A DNA stretch of 64,000 bases from Eimeria praecox. Taxonomy: Eukaryota. The stretch's first letter is position 1; every line of letters begins with the position of its first letter. The notes under the pieces were generated by a model, which saw only the letters and a list, made by a program, of their open reading frames with translations, made no database searches and was not told where the DNA came from. The stretch lies in contig OY986947.1 in NCBI GenBank assembly GCA_963920595.1, positions 2,604,001 through 2,668,000 of the forward strand, read 5' to 3'. The position numbers were made by a program, and so were the translations under genes. This document shows, piece after piece, positions 15,862-55,727 of the stretch.

Positions 15862-16016
15862 TCTGCAGGTTATTTGAAGAAGCATTAGAAACATGGGCTC
15901 GATCTGCTGCAGCACTAGCTAGCCGCAGCAGCAGCAGCAGCAAACGTTTGCTGCTGTTCTTAGCTGCTGAGGGATTTTATCTTCGGCAGCAGCTGCTGCA
16001 GGGATCTGTAATAACT

Positions 16017-16056
<40 letters not shown>

Positions 16057-16433
16057 AAGCAGCAACAACAAAAGCAGCAGCAGCAAAAGCAGCAGACAAC
16101 GCACGTGTTATGCTCGGTACAATCTCAACACTTTCCTCCTATGTATTATATTATTATTTATATTATTATTTATATTATTATTTATATTATTATTTATATT
16201 ATTATTTATATTATTGTTTGTATTATTATTTATATTATTTATATTATTTGGATTATTATTTATATTATTTATATTATTTAGATTATTATTTATATTATTT
16301 ATATCATTTATATTATTTATATTATTTATATTATTTATATTATTTATATTATTATTTACTTATTAATTATTATTTTTGCTGTTACAATTGCTATCGATTT
16401 GGAGCAGCTTTACTTCATGGCTGCTGTTGCTGT

Positions 16434-16495
<62 letters not shown>

Positions 16496-16719
16496 CTGTT
16501 GCTGCTGCTGCTGTGTACAGAGGCGAAGGAGAGACAGCAGCTGCTATGTTCGCGGCTGCAATCTGTGGGGTTTGAATTGATGACAGGAGCAGCAGCAGCA
16601 GAGGAGTCAGGGAAGTTAGTAGCAGATGTATCTACTCAGCTTAAAGAGAGAGAGAGAAAGGCTTTGCTAGAAGCATTTGATATATTCTGTAAACACCATC
16701 TGTATAAAGGAAAGGCATA

Positions 16720-16720
<1 letters not shown>
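5876..16720 (+). CDS. Large multi-exon homopolymer-rich protein, possibly URB2/Npa2-like ribosome biogenesis factor
   Basis: Phase-consistent GT-AG exons: 5876(ATG; frame open from 5444)-8178, 8496-8996, 9301-9533, 10165-14440 (spans the N gap), 14775-15728, 15869-about 16142, last exon about 16519-16720 (last junction unresolved). The C-terminus [26 protein letters not shown] resembles URB2 C-termini; this product call is weak. Confidence 0.6.
9548..9730. repeat. 15-bp tandem repeat (TCTCTATCTGTCTCT) in an intron
   Basis: About 12 near-identical units following the GT donor at 9534. Confidence 0.85.
10307..10506. other. Assembly gap (200 N)
   Basis: Run of exactly 200 N. Reading-frame continuity across it cannot be verified. 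Confidence 1.
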
Positions 16721-16782
<62 letters not shown>

Positions 16783-17056
16783 AGCAGCAGTAGCAGAGTA
16801 GCAGGAGCAGCAACAGCAGCAGCAGGAGCAGAAACAGCAGCAGTAGCAGCAGTAGCAGTAGCAGCAGTAGCAGCAGCAGGAGCAGCAACAGCAGCAGCAG
16901 CAGCAGTAGCAGTAGCAGCAATAGCAGCAGCAGGAGCAGCAACAGCAGCAGCTATAGCAGCTGCTGTAGCAGCAATATCAGCAGCAACAACAGCAGCAGC
17001 AGCAACAACAACAGCAACAACAATAGCAGCAACAACAGCAGCAACAACAGCAACAA

Positions 17057-17092
<36 letters not shown>

Positions 17093-17254
17093 GGAATGTC
17101 GCAGCAAGTCAACTTGTTTTTGCTGTTGCTGCTAGAATACAATTAGATTAAGATTACTGCTGCAGACACAAGAGAATGAGAGATAAGAAGAATAAATATA
17201 TTAATATTATTTATTATTTTAAAATAAATAATTTTAGATATTTTCTAATTATAT

Positions 17255-17289
<35 letters not shown>

Positions 17290-17370
17290 TTTGATTGTCA
17301 AACTTTGCATGCAGCTTATTATAATTAATTGCTCTTTCTTTTTTATTTTAACTACACAATCATACAATTA

Positions 17371-17490
17371 TATTTAATTATATTTAATTATATTTAATTA
17401 TATTTAATTATATTTAATTATATTTAATTATATTTAATTATATTTAATTATATTTAATTATATTTAATTATATTTAATTATATTTATTTA
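17371..17490. repeat. (TATTTAATTA)n tandem repeat
   Basis: About 10 perfect decamer units. Confidence 0.9.
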
Positions 17491-17547
17491 ATTACATTTG
17501 CTTATTACTCGAGCCTTCAGCTGCAGATGTGTGCGGTGTACGCATGC

Positions 17548-17872
17548 ATAGCTAACGATAATACTAAGCAGCTAGCCAACTACATAGAGGGAGAGCTAGC
17601 TAGCTAGCTAGCTAGCTAGCTAGCTGGCATAGCCTTACAGCTAGCTACCTCCCCAGTTATATATAGCTAGCTAGCTACACGCCTGCGCACACCCATGCAG
17701 GTTTAGTTAGCTAGCTGTTTAGCTAGCTGGCTGGCTAGCTACCTAGCTTCCTATTAGTCTCTAGTTTGATAGCTAGCTAGCTAGCTAGCTAGCTAGCTAG
17801 CTAGCTAGCAGCCTCTACTTGAGTAGCCAGCTAGCTAGCTAGCTAGCTAGTTAACTAGTTAGCTGGCTAGTT
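17548..17872. repeat. (AGCT)n self-complementary repeat island
   Basis: Several TAGCTAGC runs with degenerate linkers. Confidence 0.85.
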
Positions 17873-18087
17873 AAGTAGAGACTGCGGGTAGGGCTGGGGT
17901 TCGAACCGTAGCCTCGAGTGTTGACGCTGTATGCATGCTGCCGAAAGACAGCAGACATCAAACAATAAGGAGAGGCGTATTTATATTATATGATATATCT
18001 ATATATCTATATATAGATCTGTCTATCTATCTATCTATATATCTATATCTATATCTATATCTATCTATGTATCTATCTATCTATCTA

Positions 18088-18178
<91 letters not shown>

Positions 18179-19125
18179 CTCTCTCTCTGTATATATATAT
18201 AGCTCTAATGTTATTTATTACAAGTACGAGGGGATTGAGGTGTATCTCGCCTTCTGCTGAGGCCTTGAGAAGCTCCAGAGATGCAGCAGAAAGAAGAAAG
18301 CTGTATTAGGGGGAGCTGCACGAGCATGTCGAGGTTAAATGTATAAAATTGTTTCTTATAAACATAGAAAGTCGTCAAAGACAGAATTGTTGGGATAGAT
18401 GTTGTACAAATAAACAGAAACATTAAAATAATAAAGAAGGTGATATATCAATGAATTGTATGTAGACAAACACAAGAAATACTTATATCTAACTTTCTCT
18501 GAACTCTCTTTGCCGACGACGGCGAAGGAGGAGAAAAGAAAGAATAGCGGCGTTTATAAAATCTTATCTAAATTATTATTCGAACATTTTATATAATTAT
18601 TTGTTTTTAAATATATTTAATAATGAAAATTTCTATTTCCTTTCCACCATGGCCGCTACAATCGAGCATCACGGGGGGCCCTGGGGGGCCTCCGTACCGA
18701 CTTGAGGAAGGCTGACGGTGTATATATGCGTTTATTAGAAATGTTTGTTGTGTATATTTGAATTAAAATGTGGAATTAATGATTTGAAATGTCTTTTGCT
18801 TCATTTTGAGCTATCAAGTTCAAAGAAAGAGCTCGATTTACCCGTGGCTTTCCGTTTTCTCAAGGACACCTCCCGATACACCTCAGGAATTCAGGTGTAT
18901 AGGCACCTTCAATTCAGATTCTGAATTTGAATTTGAACATGATCGTTCAGATTTATTTTTTTACGAAATATCCTCCTATTGCATGTAAATAATGGGTTTT
19001 TTCATGGGTATCTTCATCATTTAATGTTTGGATCCGTTCATTCTTTCTAAAGAATTTATATTTACTATTTTTTATTTGCAGATTCTTCTCTTATTCACCA
19101 CTATGCTCTGCTTTCCACATCAAGA

Positions 19126-27192
<8,067 letters not shown>

Positions 27193-27374
27193 TGAGCAGC
27201 AATTAATTATATTTGCTGCTGCTGCTGTTGCTGCTGTTGCTGCTGCTGCAGCAGCAGCAACAGCAGCAACAGCAGCAAAGGCCGTCTTCCTTCTTTTTTG
27301 TCTTTTTCTTTTTTTATTTAAACGTTTTATTCTACTAATTCTCTCTATCTACCTATGATATACTAGTCAGATAA

Positions 27375-27414
<40 letters not shown>

Positions 27415-28258
27415 TAATTAAATGTATATATATAATTATATAACTATATCTTAATATATATACTAATTATATAACTCTCTCTCTGTATATATATATATAT
27501 ATATATTTTTAGAGATGTGTATACAAATACCTCCTGCATGCGGGGTGTCTGTCCAGTGTATTGCTAAGGAGCGATTTATCTGTTTTGTTTGTTTTGTTTT
27601 TATTTTTTGTTTATTCTAATTAAATAATATAAATAATTTAAATCGTTTAAAGAATTAAAGAAAGAGAAAAGAAGTTTGGCCTCCCTCCCCTCCCGAGCTG
27701 CTGCTGCTGTTGCTGCTGCTGCTGTTGCTGCTGCTGTTGCTGCTGCTGCTGCACATCTGTTCACATAGACTGATAGCATTTGCTGCTGCTGCTGCTGCTG
27801 CAGCAGCAGGAGCAGCAGGAGCAGCAGCAGCGCAGCTACTTGCAGATGTTTAGGAGGAAAGAGAAAGAAAGAGAGAAAGAAAGAAGAAATAGAAGAGATG
27901 AGATATAAAACACCTCATAGACGCCATCCCCATCATAAATAAATAAATATATTATAAATATAATATAAATATAAATATAAATATAAATATAAATATAAAT
28001 ATAAATATATATTATTAGGGTGTTGTAATGTATATATATAGAATATATATTTATATATAATATATATAATTTATATAATTTATATAAATATAAATACTAA
28101 TATACATAGTATTATATATAGTACATATATATAATATATATACACACAAACACAAATATATTTGCTCTCCCTGATATATAAGAAGAAGAAACAAAAGAAG
28201 AAAGAAGAAAGAAGAAGAAAGAGAGAAAGAAGCATGTATAGTAAAGACAGATAAGACA

Positions 28259-28314
<56 letters not shown>

Positions 28315-28327
28315 ATATTATATATAT

Positions 28328-28399
<72 letters not shown>

Positions 28400-28597
28400 A
28401 CCTCCCAAGACCTAAGAAGTATTATCTTACTCTCTTCTTTTGTTATCTACATAGCACCTTTATGTATGCATCTCCTTCTTTACTATTTATAAATAATTAA
28501 TTATAAATATATATTAATATAAATACATCTAACATAAGACAATGCAGATAAATATAGATATATCTATATTAATACACATTCATTAAACATCAACTCT

Positions 28598-28665
<68 letters not shown>

Positions 28666-28717
28666 AATCGCGCATGCATATTCTGTGCATGCGCGTATAA
28701 TTAAAACTAAATAAATT

Positions 28718-32453
<3,736 letters not shown>

Positions 32454-35400
32454 TTTTGCGAGAATATTCAAAAATAGAACAAGAAGATATCAAGAAAATA
32501 ATAAATCAATGAAACTAATATATTTATCCTGAAGAATCATATCCAAACAAACACACAGAAACAACCATGTGCAGCCGAACACAAGCCGTCGGTGCTGATG
32601 TTCTACAGCGAGCTGCAGCTACAAGCCAACCAACTAGCCCTCAACTCAGGAAAAACAAAAGAATATCCTTCTCTCTTGTTCTGTTTTATTTAAAAAATAG
32701 ATTAATTATCAATCATGATAACGTGACACGCAAGAAAATTAATACAGATCAAACATTCAACTTTCCGTAGCACTCGCCATACATTGTATACACCGCTCAG
32801 CCATCGCCGGTGAGGAAAAACATAATTTCCGCACATCTTCCAACATTCTACAGTTGAATTACGAAAAATAAAAACAAATAATCCGAAACAAAAGAAAAAA
32901 AATGCAATTTTCGTTCGCCCTCCGGCGTGCGGGGTGGTGTCGCGCACGGGCAGTCTGCAGGGTTATGTGTTCCGAGCGACGACCCGAGAGAAGAATTTGA
33001 ACATCGCACGAGAAGGAGAAGAAGGAAATAAATACAAATTTACGAATTGTAAATGAAGAGGATTGAATTCATTTGCAGTATATACCTGGGCCGACGATGT
33101 CGTGAAGCAGCTGCGGGGCGAAGCGGCAATCCCCCACTCGTCTATGTTTATACTAAATTTATACCTGCTGCATTAAGAAAGCCCGAGGAATGTAGAAAAT
33201 ATAATTAAAAACAACAGACACAAACTCAAAACATTTCGCTTCATATCGCCTTCTCATCATCTAAGGTGGGGCTGCAGGTATGCTACGGGGCTGCCTACAC
33301 AGCAACAGCTGCTACAACGTAGGAGGCTTCCTGTCTCACTTGTAGGTTTTATTTGTATATATATACTCGGTCCATATCTTTTTTTTTAACCCATGAAAAG
33401 ATACTTTAGGAATATCAGATGAGGCACAATAAACAAGTGGCTGTGTAGCCAAAGCTGCAAGCTACAATCGTATCAGGCCGTCGTCCTCTGCCCCACACCA
33501 TTTGTCCTGCTAAATGTACTTCTTGTTTTCTCTCCTTCTACCGAAATAACGAACAGACAATTACTTTTCAAACTCTTATGCCATGTGCTCACTAAAATGT
33601 AGCTGTAGGAGGAGGCCACATCCTCCTTTGCCTGTGGTGGCTGCAGTGAAGTCGAACATTTAGAAACAAACTCGTAAAAAATAGATACTAAACTCCCTGT
33701 CACCCTCCAGACATCCTGAGGATGAAGCCCAAAGGGCCTGGGGCTGTCTACGAGCAGCAGCGCACCTTTGCTGCAGTTAGTGCTGGAAGACAGCCCCATG
33801 TGCATGCACCGTCAATCTCCCCTTCTCCCTCATGCCCTAACAGTCTAGACTGTAGGCTAGACTGTAGGGGGGGGATAAATGAGTGCTTGCTTCTCCCTTC
33901 ATAGCCAGCCAGCAAGAAAGTAGAGACAAAGATACTAACATATCACAGAGCAAACCACGAAAAGAGCTCCCGAGGAGCAGCTTTACGCTCCACCACCTGT
34001 CAACGGCGTATCTTCACAGAAGCCGAGGGTTGCTGCAGAGGGGACTGGCAACATAGCTTGTTCTACTATGACACGCCCACTCCTACGGGAGTGGAGGATG
34101 GCTGCTGAAAGGCATATGTGTGGAAGTGTGAATTACAGGGTCAGCGCATTCACCGAAAGGGAGTTTGATCCCATGTAGGTATGCCTAGCAGCAGAGGTTG
34201 CAGCAGATTCGGCTGCAATACAAGATGGCTAACCTCTTATCTGAAGCGAAGCAGCTAAGGTAGATTTTTGTGCTGTCTCTCTCAGTATACATCGCCACTT
34301 AACGCGATGTTAACTACTTCTGCAACTTCTCATCTCAACACTTTGATCGGTAACAGCATTCACTGCTGCCTACACTGGAGAATTTAACTTCCAGGGATTT
34401 TCGTGCAAAGTACTGCAGCTCATCTTGCTGCAACTTCTTTCTACATGTTAACGCCATGAGCAACCAGGAACAAGCCCGCTCGTGCTGCATGCATCGACAT
34501 TGTGCACAATATGCAGGGACTATCTGACTCTCAGTATCCCATCAACCAACGAAATGCAGCTTAATTGGGGCTGCGGTATGCACACAAGTGCGCAGCTATC
34601 GGTGAGTGGAGGATGGCTCGTAGATGCTCCCTAGGAATTGCTTTGCAGCAGCGGCCTTCACAAACTCCCTCCTTTTGTCGGTATCTAATCGATTTAAAGC
34701 ATTATTGCTTTCTCTAGCGGCTGTTACCGCCGTTATACGCGTGTCCAAGATCTCTGTCTCCTCCACTTTCTCCGTCTCCCAACGATTTTGCAGCGGATTT
34801 GTGGGAGTAGTTGGAGGAAATTTCGATCATCCTTCGACTCGCTCCACGAAATCAAGTTTAATGACGTGGAGACGTCTCTCCCCGATGGGGGTAAGTATAC
34901 GATGGAAGACAGCATACCAAGCAAAGAAAGAACGTCAAAGTGTCTTTCCAGTTCGACCCATCGGAAACTTCTTTATCACTCCTGCGCGCAGGATGTGATT
35001 ACACTAAAAGGGGAGGCCAGCTAGCGCTTGTCGTAGTTTCTCCTCTGCCTTCCTTGTCCTTCCTCCATGCATTAATGATCTGCTACAAGCTATGAAAGGA
35101 AGCCGACGACTGGGGGGAAAGAGGGCATACTGCCCTTGACAGACTCGGGGTGGACAAAGTTGTTCCGGTGTAGACAAGGGTGCTCGGAGGACAGAGCATT
35201 GGGTGGGAGGGAAGGGACAGTGCTGTCTGATAAACCCTTTCTGATCAAGGAAGGGACTCGACATACTGCGATGAATTTTGCTGGGTACAGGATAACAAAC
35301 TCTTCACAAAGGATGAGGGGGAGGTGGATTTCCACCCCGCTCTTTGATGGCTAACTACTCCTTCATTTCTGTGGCTTCTACCCTTTCACCCTTTAGCTAG

Positions 35401-37311
35401 CTCTCCTTGGCCCCGCAAGGTACTGATTGCTTTTCTTTTGGAGACAGCATATCTGTGGATATGCTGCCCCCATTGGATTGGATTAATAGAGGGGCCCCGA
35501 GTATGTCGCTCTATTTGTGTTCAGGAAGGACTGATATTTGTCGGTACAAAGAAACATCGAAAATCTCCCTCGTTCAGAGTTTATTAATCCGGATATAGCC
35601 TGTGCTCTTGTGAACTTGGGGACAAAGCTACATTTGCTGAGCTTCTCTAATCTGGATGTGCTGTGTCGGCACATCGAGAAAAAAGGATAGTAGTAATTGT
35701 ATCCCTTAGAGTGTACTTTGAAGACAAAAGAACACCTCTGGAGAATCAAACAGATCATCTATTCCCTCAGTCATGCATGCATGCTTGGGTGCTCAGCAAA
35801 GGCTAGGGCAACATCATATTCCTATATATTCTTTCGGGGTATTTGTTTGCACGCTGGCCATTCAGGGGACCACAGATAGCTATAAATTGGCTACTGTGTT
35901 AGCTTATTAAGCAAAGGAGGCTTTCTTAGATTTGTTTTTTCTATCGTCCTGCAGTCAGAATCACATACAGGGGCGTCGCGTCTCAAGACAAAGGTCTCTC
36001 CTTCGAAGCCCCTCCACTCGTTTGTGCTGCTGTGCCCCGTACAACTAGAGAATGCAAAGGGGAATATCAGATGCTTTGGGGGAGGGGGGGGGCTGCCTCT
36101 ACTCTTTTGACGCTGCTGCAGCACACAGTGTGTCTGGACTAACTAGGAGACAGGCTCCCCCCTACATCGGGCTGCTTCTCCATCGAACGGGGCGCTCATG
36201 AACACAAAGTACTGGCCGATGAAGCTTCTCAGAGGCCAATATGAATATTTTCTTCCTATAGACAACTTCTCCACGGTGTATATGGAGTGTAATTACCTTA
36301 AACACTACCTGCGGGGCCGTCATATTAACCTGATTCTTATCGTCAGAGGGCGGCTCTAGATGGCCTCAGGATATTGAAGCACAAAATAATGCAGAATTAA
36401 TTAATAAATAATTTTAAACATTGTCTGTTAACATATTTTTATTCTGTGTTTTAAAATTAAGTTCGAACATGATACCCATAGGGATGCTGCTCCCTTGAAC
36501 GCCGCCATAACACATTAGAGTGGAGGGGGTTGAGAGAGCATTGTATGAGTGTTTGAGCTTCTCACGCACTTTGTTGGGTACAGTAAAAGTATAATTATGA
36601 TAATTAAATAAAATAATTTAAGATGAGGGTTTATTAGAGGAGAGTAAACTTTGAATCACTGACATCGTGGGGTGTCTTCTCAGCTTCCCGCACTCTAGCA
36701 ACACCGGTGGTCGGTGCTGGTTCAAGTATATATACCTACATATCTTTCTTCAGCATTGTTTTGTTTATTTGTCATGTTTATTATATCATGAATTTATTAT
36801 TTCTTTTGTTTTTTTACCCCTCTTGATTTGTTTTTCTTCAGAATCCAACACCAGCGGCGATGAGCCTCTGTTGATCCTCAGTCCACTTGAGTGTTGTAGT
36901 GCTCTGTCTGGGGGGAAACTGGCGCGCTTCTGACATTTTTTCTGATTATTTACGGTTTATTTATGATTTATTTCCTTTAATTATTCAAGATCAACGGAAA
37001 TTACAGACAGAAAGCCCAGCTTTCTTGGAGGAAGCTGAGCGTTTCGGCTGTGCTGGTGGGCGACTGTCTGCAGAACTTTTTCGAGTTTCTCTTGTTGAAT
37101 TTGTTAATTAATACCTCAATTCTTTTTTTTCTGTCATTTAATCAAGTTTTTCCCCTGTAATCTATCATCTGGCCTTCAGAAAGATCTCCTTGGAGCGACA
37201 TCATTACGTACATATATACAGAACGTATATACGTACGTACGTTCATTCTTAGATATTATTTCATCTTGGGGTTTATATTTTTTATTAACTTGACCTCCGT
37301 ATTTTTTCGCG

Positions 37312-47146
<9,835 letters not shown>

Positions 47147-47574
47147 GTTAAAACAGAAAAATAAATTAAATTAAATTAAATTAAATTAAATTAAATATAA
47201 TTAATTAAAATTAAATAATATTAATATAAATATAAAAAAATATTGAAGTAAAACAAATTCGGAGAAAAAAGAAAAAAACACAAGTCGAATTTTTTGTGTT
47301 TTATTTATATTCTTGGCGTTTGAATTAAATAAAATATAAATATAAATAAATATAAATTTAAATATAAATAAATATATTTATATTTTATATTTGTATTATT
47401 TATATTAGTTGTATTATTTATATCTATATTTATATTTATATTTGTATTTATTTGTATATATATATTAACATTTGTCTATACAGAAAAAAAATTCTATCTA
47501 CAATTCGTTAACATCTTCTGTTATAAATATTATATATAATATGTATAGTATATATATTATATATAGTATTTGTA

Positions 47575-47613
<39 letters not shown>

Positions 47614-47864
47614 TATACATATATATAATATATAATATATATATACTATATAATATATATTATATATAATTTCTTCGTCTTTTCTCTCTTCTTCTGATTT
47701 GAACTCTCATAGAACAAATTTTTATTTTGTCTTTAATATTTTTTGTCTATTTCTTTATTTCTTTCTTTCTTTCTTTCTTTCTTTATTTATTTATAAGCAA
47801 CGGCGGCAGCTGCTGCAGCTGCTGCTGCTGCAGCAGCAGCAAAAACAACAGCAACAGCAACACT

Positions 47865-47897
<33 letters not shown>

Positions 47898-48620
47898 TTT
47901 AGTATTTAGGGTTATTTGAGAGTTGCTGCAACTAAGATAGTTGTAATAATAATATGAAGCCAAGCAAATGAGAGAAATGTATATACAGAACAAAATAAAA
48001 TAAAATAAGCAAATTAAAACAAATTAAATTAAATTTAATTTAAATTAAATTTAAATTAAATTAAATTAAATTAGATTAATTATTATACAAAGTTTGATAT
48101 ACATCAACGTATGGAGTAAGTATATAGAGACGGTGTATAGAGATATCTATGTTGTGTTTATAGTTTAATAAATTAATAAACTAATTACTTAATTAATTGA
48201 ATTTATTAATAAAATAAATTAAATAAATTAAATAAATTAATAAATTAATATAAATAACATTAAAATAAATATATTCAAGCATACACATGTAGCTATATCA
48301 CGACTCGTAGGTAAGGAGGTGTGTGTAGAGTGTAGAGAAGTAGCAAAATAAAATATTTTTGTTTTTTTTCTTGCTAAAATATAAAAATAATATAAAATAT
48401 ATTTAAAAAACTAATTTAAAATATATTTTATTGTTTAAATTACGTAATCTAAGCATATATTATTATTATTTTCTATGAGGGGGGAATATTGGGGTGTCTG
48501 CGGATACACCTGAGATTTTCTGAATTCGAATTTTTTGTATTTTTCTCACTTTTTTTATTTTTTTAATTTTTTTTTTATTTTTTTTATTTTATTTTATTTT
48601 ATTTTGTTATTTTAATAATA

Positions 48621-48950
48621 ATGGCTCATCATTTAGCGTTATCAAGTGCTGCGGCAGTCTTCGGCTTAGGGATGTATGGTTATATACGAGCGAATTCCAA
48701 ATATTCTTTATTGGGTGGTGTTGCGATTTCTTCAGCTTTTGCTGCTTCAGCATTTTCTATACAACACCAAAATAATCTTTGTATTCCCTTTGCTGCTGCT
48801 GCTGTTTCTGGCATTGTATGTGTTGCTTTAGGAGCAAGAAGATTATCTAAAGTAAGAAAGATAATAAATAGCATTGAAGTAGTTTAAATCTATCTGATTT
48901 TGTTGACTCACAATCACAGGCTGTTTGAAAAAACAAATAAAATATACATC

Positions 48951-48997
<47 letters not shown>

Positions 48998-49008
48998 TAA
49001 TAATAATA

Positions 49009-49055
<47 letters not shown>

Positions 49056-49219
49056 TAAAGTGTAAATGTAGATAGATATTTATTTATTTAATTTATTTAT
49101 TTATATCTTTTTTTTAATTATTTGTTTGGATGTAATGTTTGTTTGTTTAAGAAGAGTTTATTAGTTTGTATTTTATATAATTTATTTGTTTCTTTTTCTC
49201 TCTTGCTGCTGCTGCTACC

Positions 49220-49250
<31 letters not shown>

Positions 49251-49471
49251 CTGCTGCTGCATCTGCTGCATAGATTGTGTTGTTAATTGTTATTAATATA
49301 ATAATAATTAAATAATAGAAACAACAAAACAAAAACAATTAAATTATATATTGAGGTGTATGTACACCGCAGGCATCTAACAAACTCCCGCCGCTGCTTT
49401 TAATTTCTCTTGGTTTACCTAACGTAGCATATTACTCTTCTAAAGCGTATGAGTTTAGAGACAATCTCTAA
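48621..49471 (+). CDS. TMEM14-family small membrane protein, 109 aa, 2 exons
   Basis: Exons 48621-48851 and 49373-49471 (GT-AG, phase 0). The GMYGYIRANSKYSLLGG motif and about four hydrophobic segments are typical of Tmemb_14. Confidence 0.8.
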
Positions 49472-49721
49472 TCTTAAACCCCCCTGCTGCTGCTGCTGCT
49501 GCTGCTGCAGCAGCAGCAGCAGCAGCAGGAGCAGCAGCAGCTGCTGCAGCAGCAGCAGCAAGAACGGCAGCAAGAGCAGCACTACAGCAATAGATATAAC
49601 AGCAGCAGCAACAGCAGCAGCAACAGCAGCAGCATCTTTTGCTGCTGTAAACACAGCAGCAGCGACAGCAACTACTACTACAGAAGCAGCAGCAGCTGCT
49701 GCTGTTGCTGCAGCAACACCT

Positions 49722-49764
<43 letters not shown>

Positions 49765-50046
49765 GTGTGTTCGAGTTTGCTGTTATCTGCGGATACACCT
49801 GAAGAGGCGTTTTGATTTCTTCTTCTTATCTTTCTGTTTATTTATTTTATTCTATTTATTATTTTATATTTATTATTTATTTAATAACTCTTTCTCTTCT
49901 TCTATTTATTTAAACTTCTCTTTTAATATTACGATTCGGGTGTACGTACACCGCAGATAAACAAACAAACATTTGCTTCATTGTTATTAATAAATAATAA
50001 TTAGACACATTAGACAAATAAACATATTAAATAGAGAGACAAGAAA

Positions 50047-50146
<100 letters not shown>

Positions 50147-50149
50147 AGA

Positions 50150-50189
<40 letters not shown>

Positions 50190-50192
50190 AGA

Positions 50193-50243
<51 letters not shown>

Positions 50244-50315
50244 TTGTATATTTATATGTAAATATTACTTTGTATTTGTTTGTCTCCTTCTCTCTACTTT
50301 CAAAACACTACTCGC

Positions 50316-50350
<35 letters not shown>

Positions 50351-50494
50351 ATGAATAAAATAAATAAATAAAAAATAAATAAATAAATCAATAACAAATA
50401 AACAAACAGAGCAAACGCCTCGCTGCGTTTGTTTGTTTTTTTTGTTTTTGTTTGTTTCAATCGGCGAGAATAAATTATTGTGTTTGTTATACTA

Positions 50495-51090
50495 AATTAT
50501 AATTATATAATTATAATTATATAATTATAATAAAGTAAAATTAATATAATTATATAATTATATAATTATAATTATATAATTATAATAAAGTAAGATTAAT
50601 ATAATTATATAATTATATAGTTATATAATGATAATATAGTAATATTTGTATAATTATATAATTATATAATTATATAATTATATAATTCTAATATAGTAAT
50701 ATTTATATAATTATATAATTATATTATTATAATATAGTAATATTTATATAATTATAATTATTATCGTATAATTATAATTATATAATAATACATGAAAATA
50801 ATATAATTATAATTTTATAATTATAATAATCTAATTATAATTATATAATTATAATTATATAATAATTATATACTAATAATAATTATAAAATTATAATAAT
50901 ATAATAATAATTATATTATTATAATTTTATAATAATCGCAATATACTCATAATTATATAATACTAATTATATAATTATATAATTATTAGTATTAATATAA
51001 TAAAATATAATAATAATAATTATTATTATTATTATATTTAATTATATTAATATTATTATAATACGATATAATAATAATCTATTATTATTA
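50495..51090. repeat. Almost pure AT degenerate (TATAAT/ATTATA)n tract between convergent genes
   Basis: About 600 bp with very few G or C bases. Confidence 0.85.
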
Positions 51091-51160
51091 TAACATTGTT
51101 TTATTTTATTTTATTTTATTTTATTTTATTTTATTTTATTTTATTTTATTTTTACATAAA

Positions 51161-55470
<4,310 letters not shown>

Positions 55471-55650
55471 TCTTAATAATATATATATATATTTATTTAT
55501 TTATATTTATTTATATTTATATATTTATATTTATATGTATATGTATTATAAATATTTATTTAAATTATATTCTACAAAAAAATATATATATAACACATAT
55601 ATATATACAGAGAGAGTAAACTAAATATATACAATATACAATGACCGCTC

Positions 55651-55727
<77 letters not shown>

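Noticed and set aside
5457..16580. Many overlapping alternative-frame and antisense ORFs (poly-L, C, S, A)
   Set aside because: CAG/CTG repeats have no stop codons in any frame, so such ORFs are expected artefacts.
17860..17935. tRNA gene around GGTTCGAACC
   Set aside because: No acceptor, D or anticodon stems could be built; kept only as a B-box-like observation.
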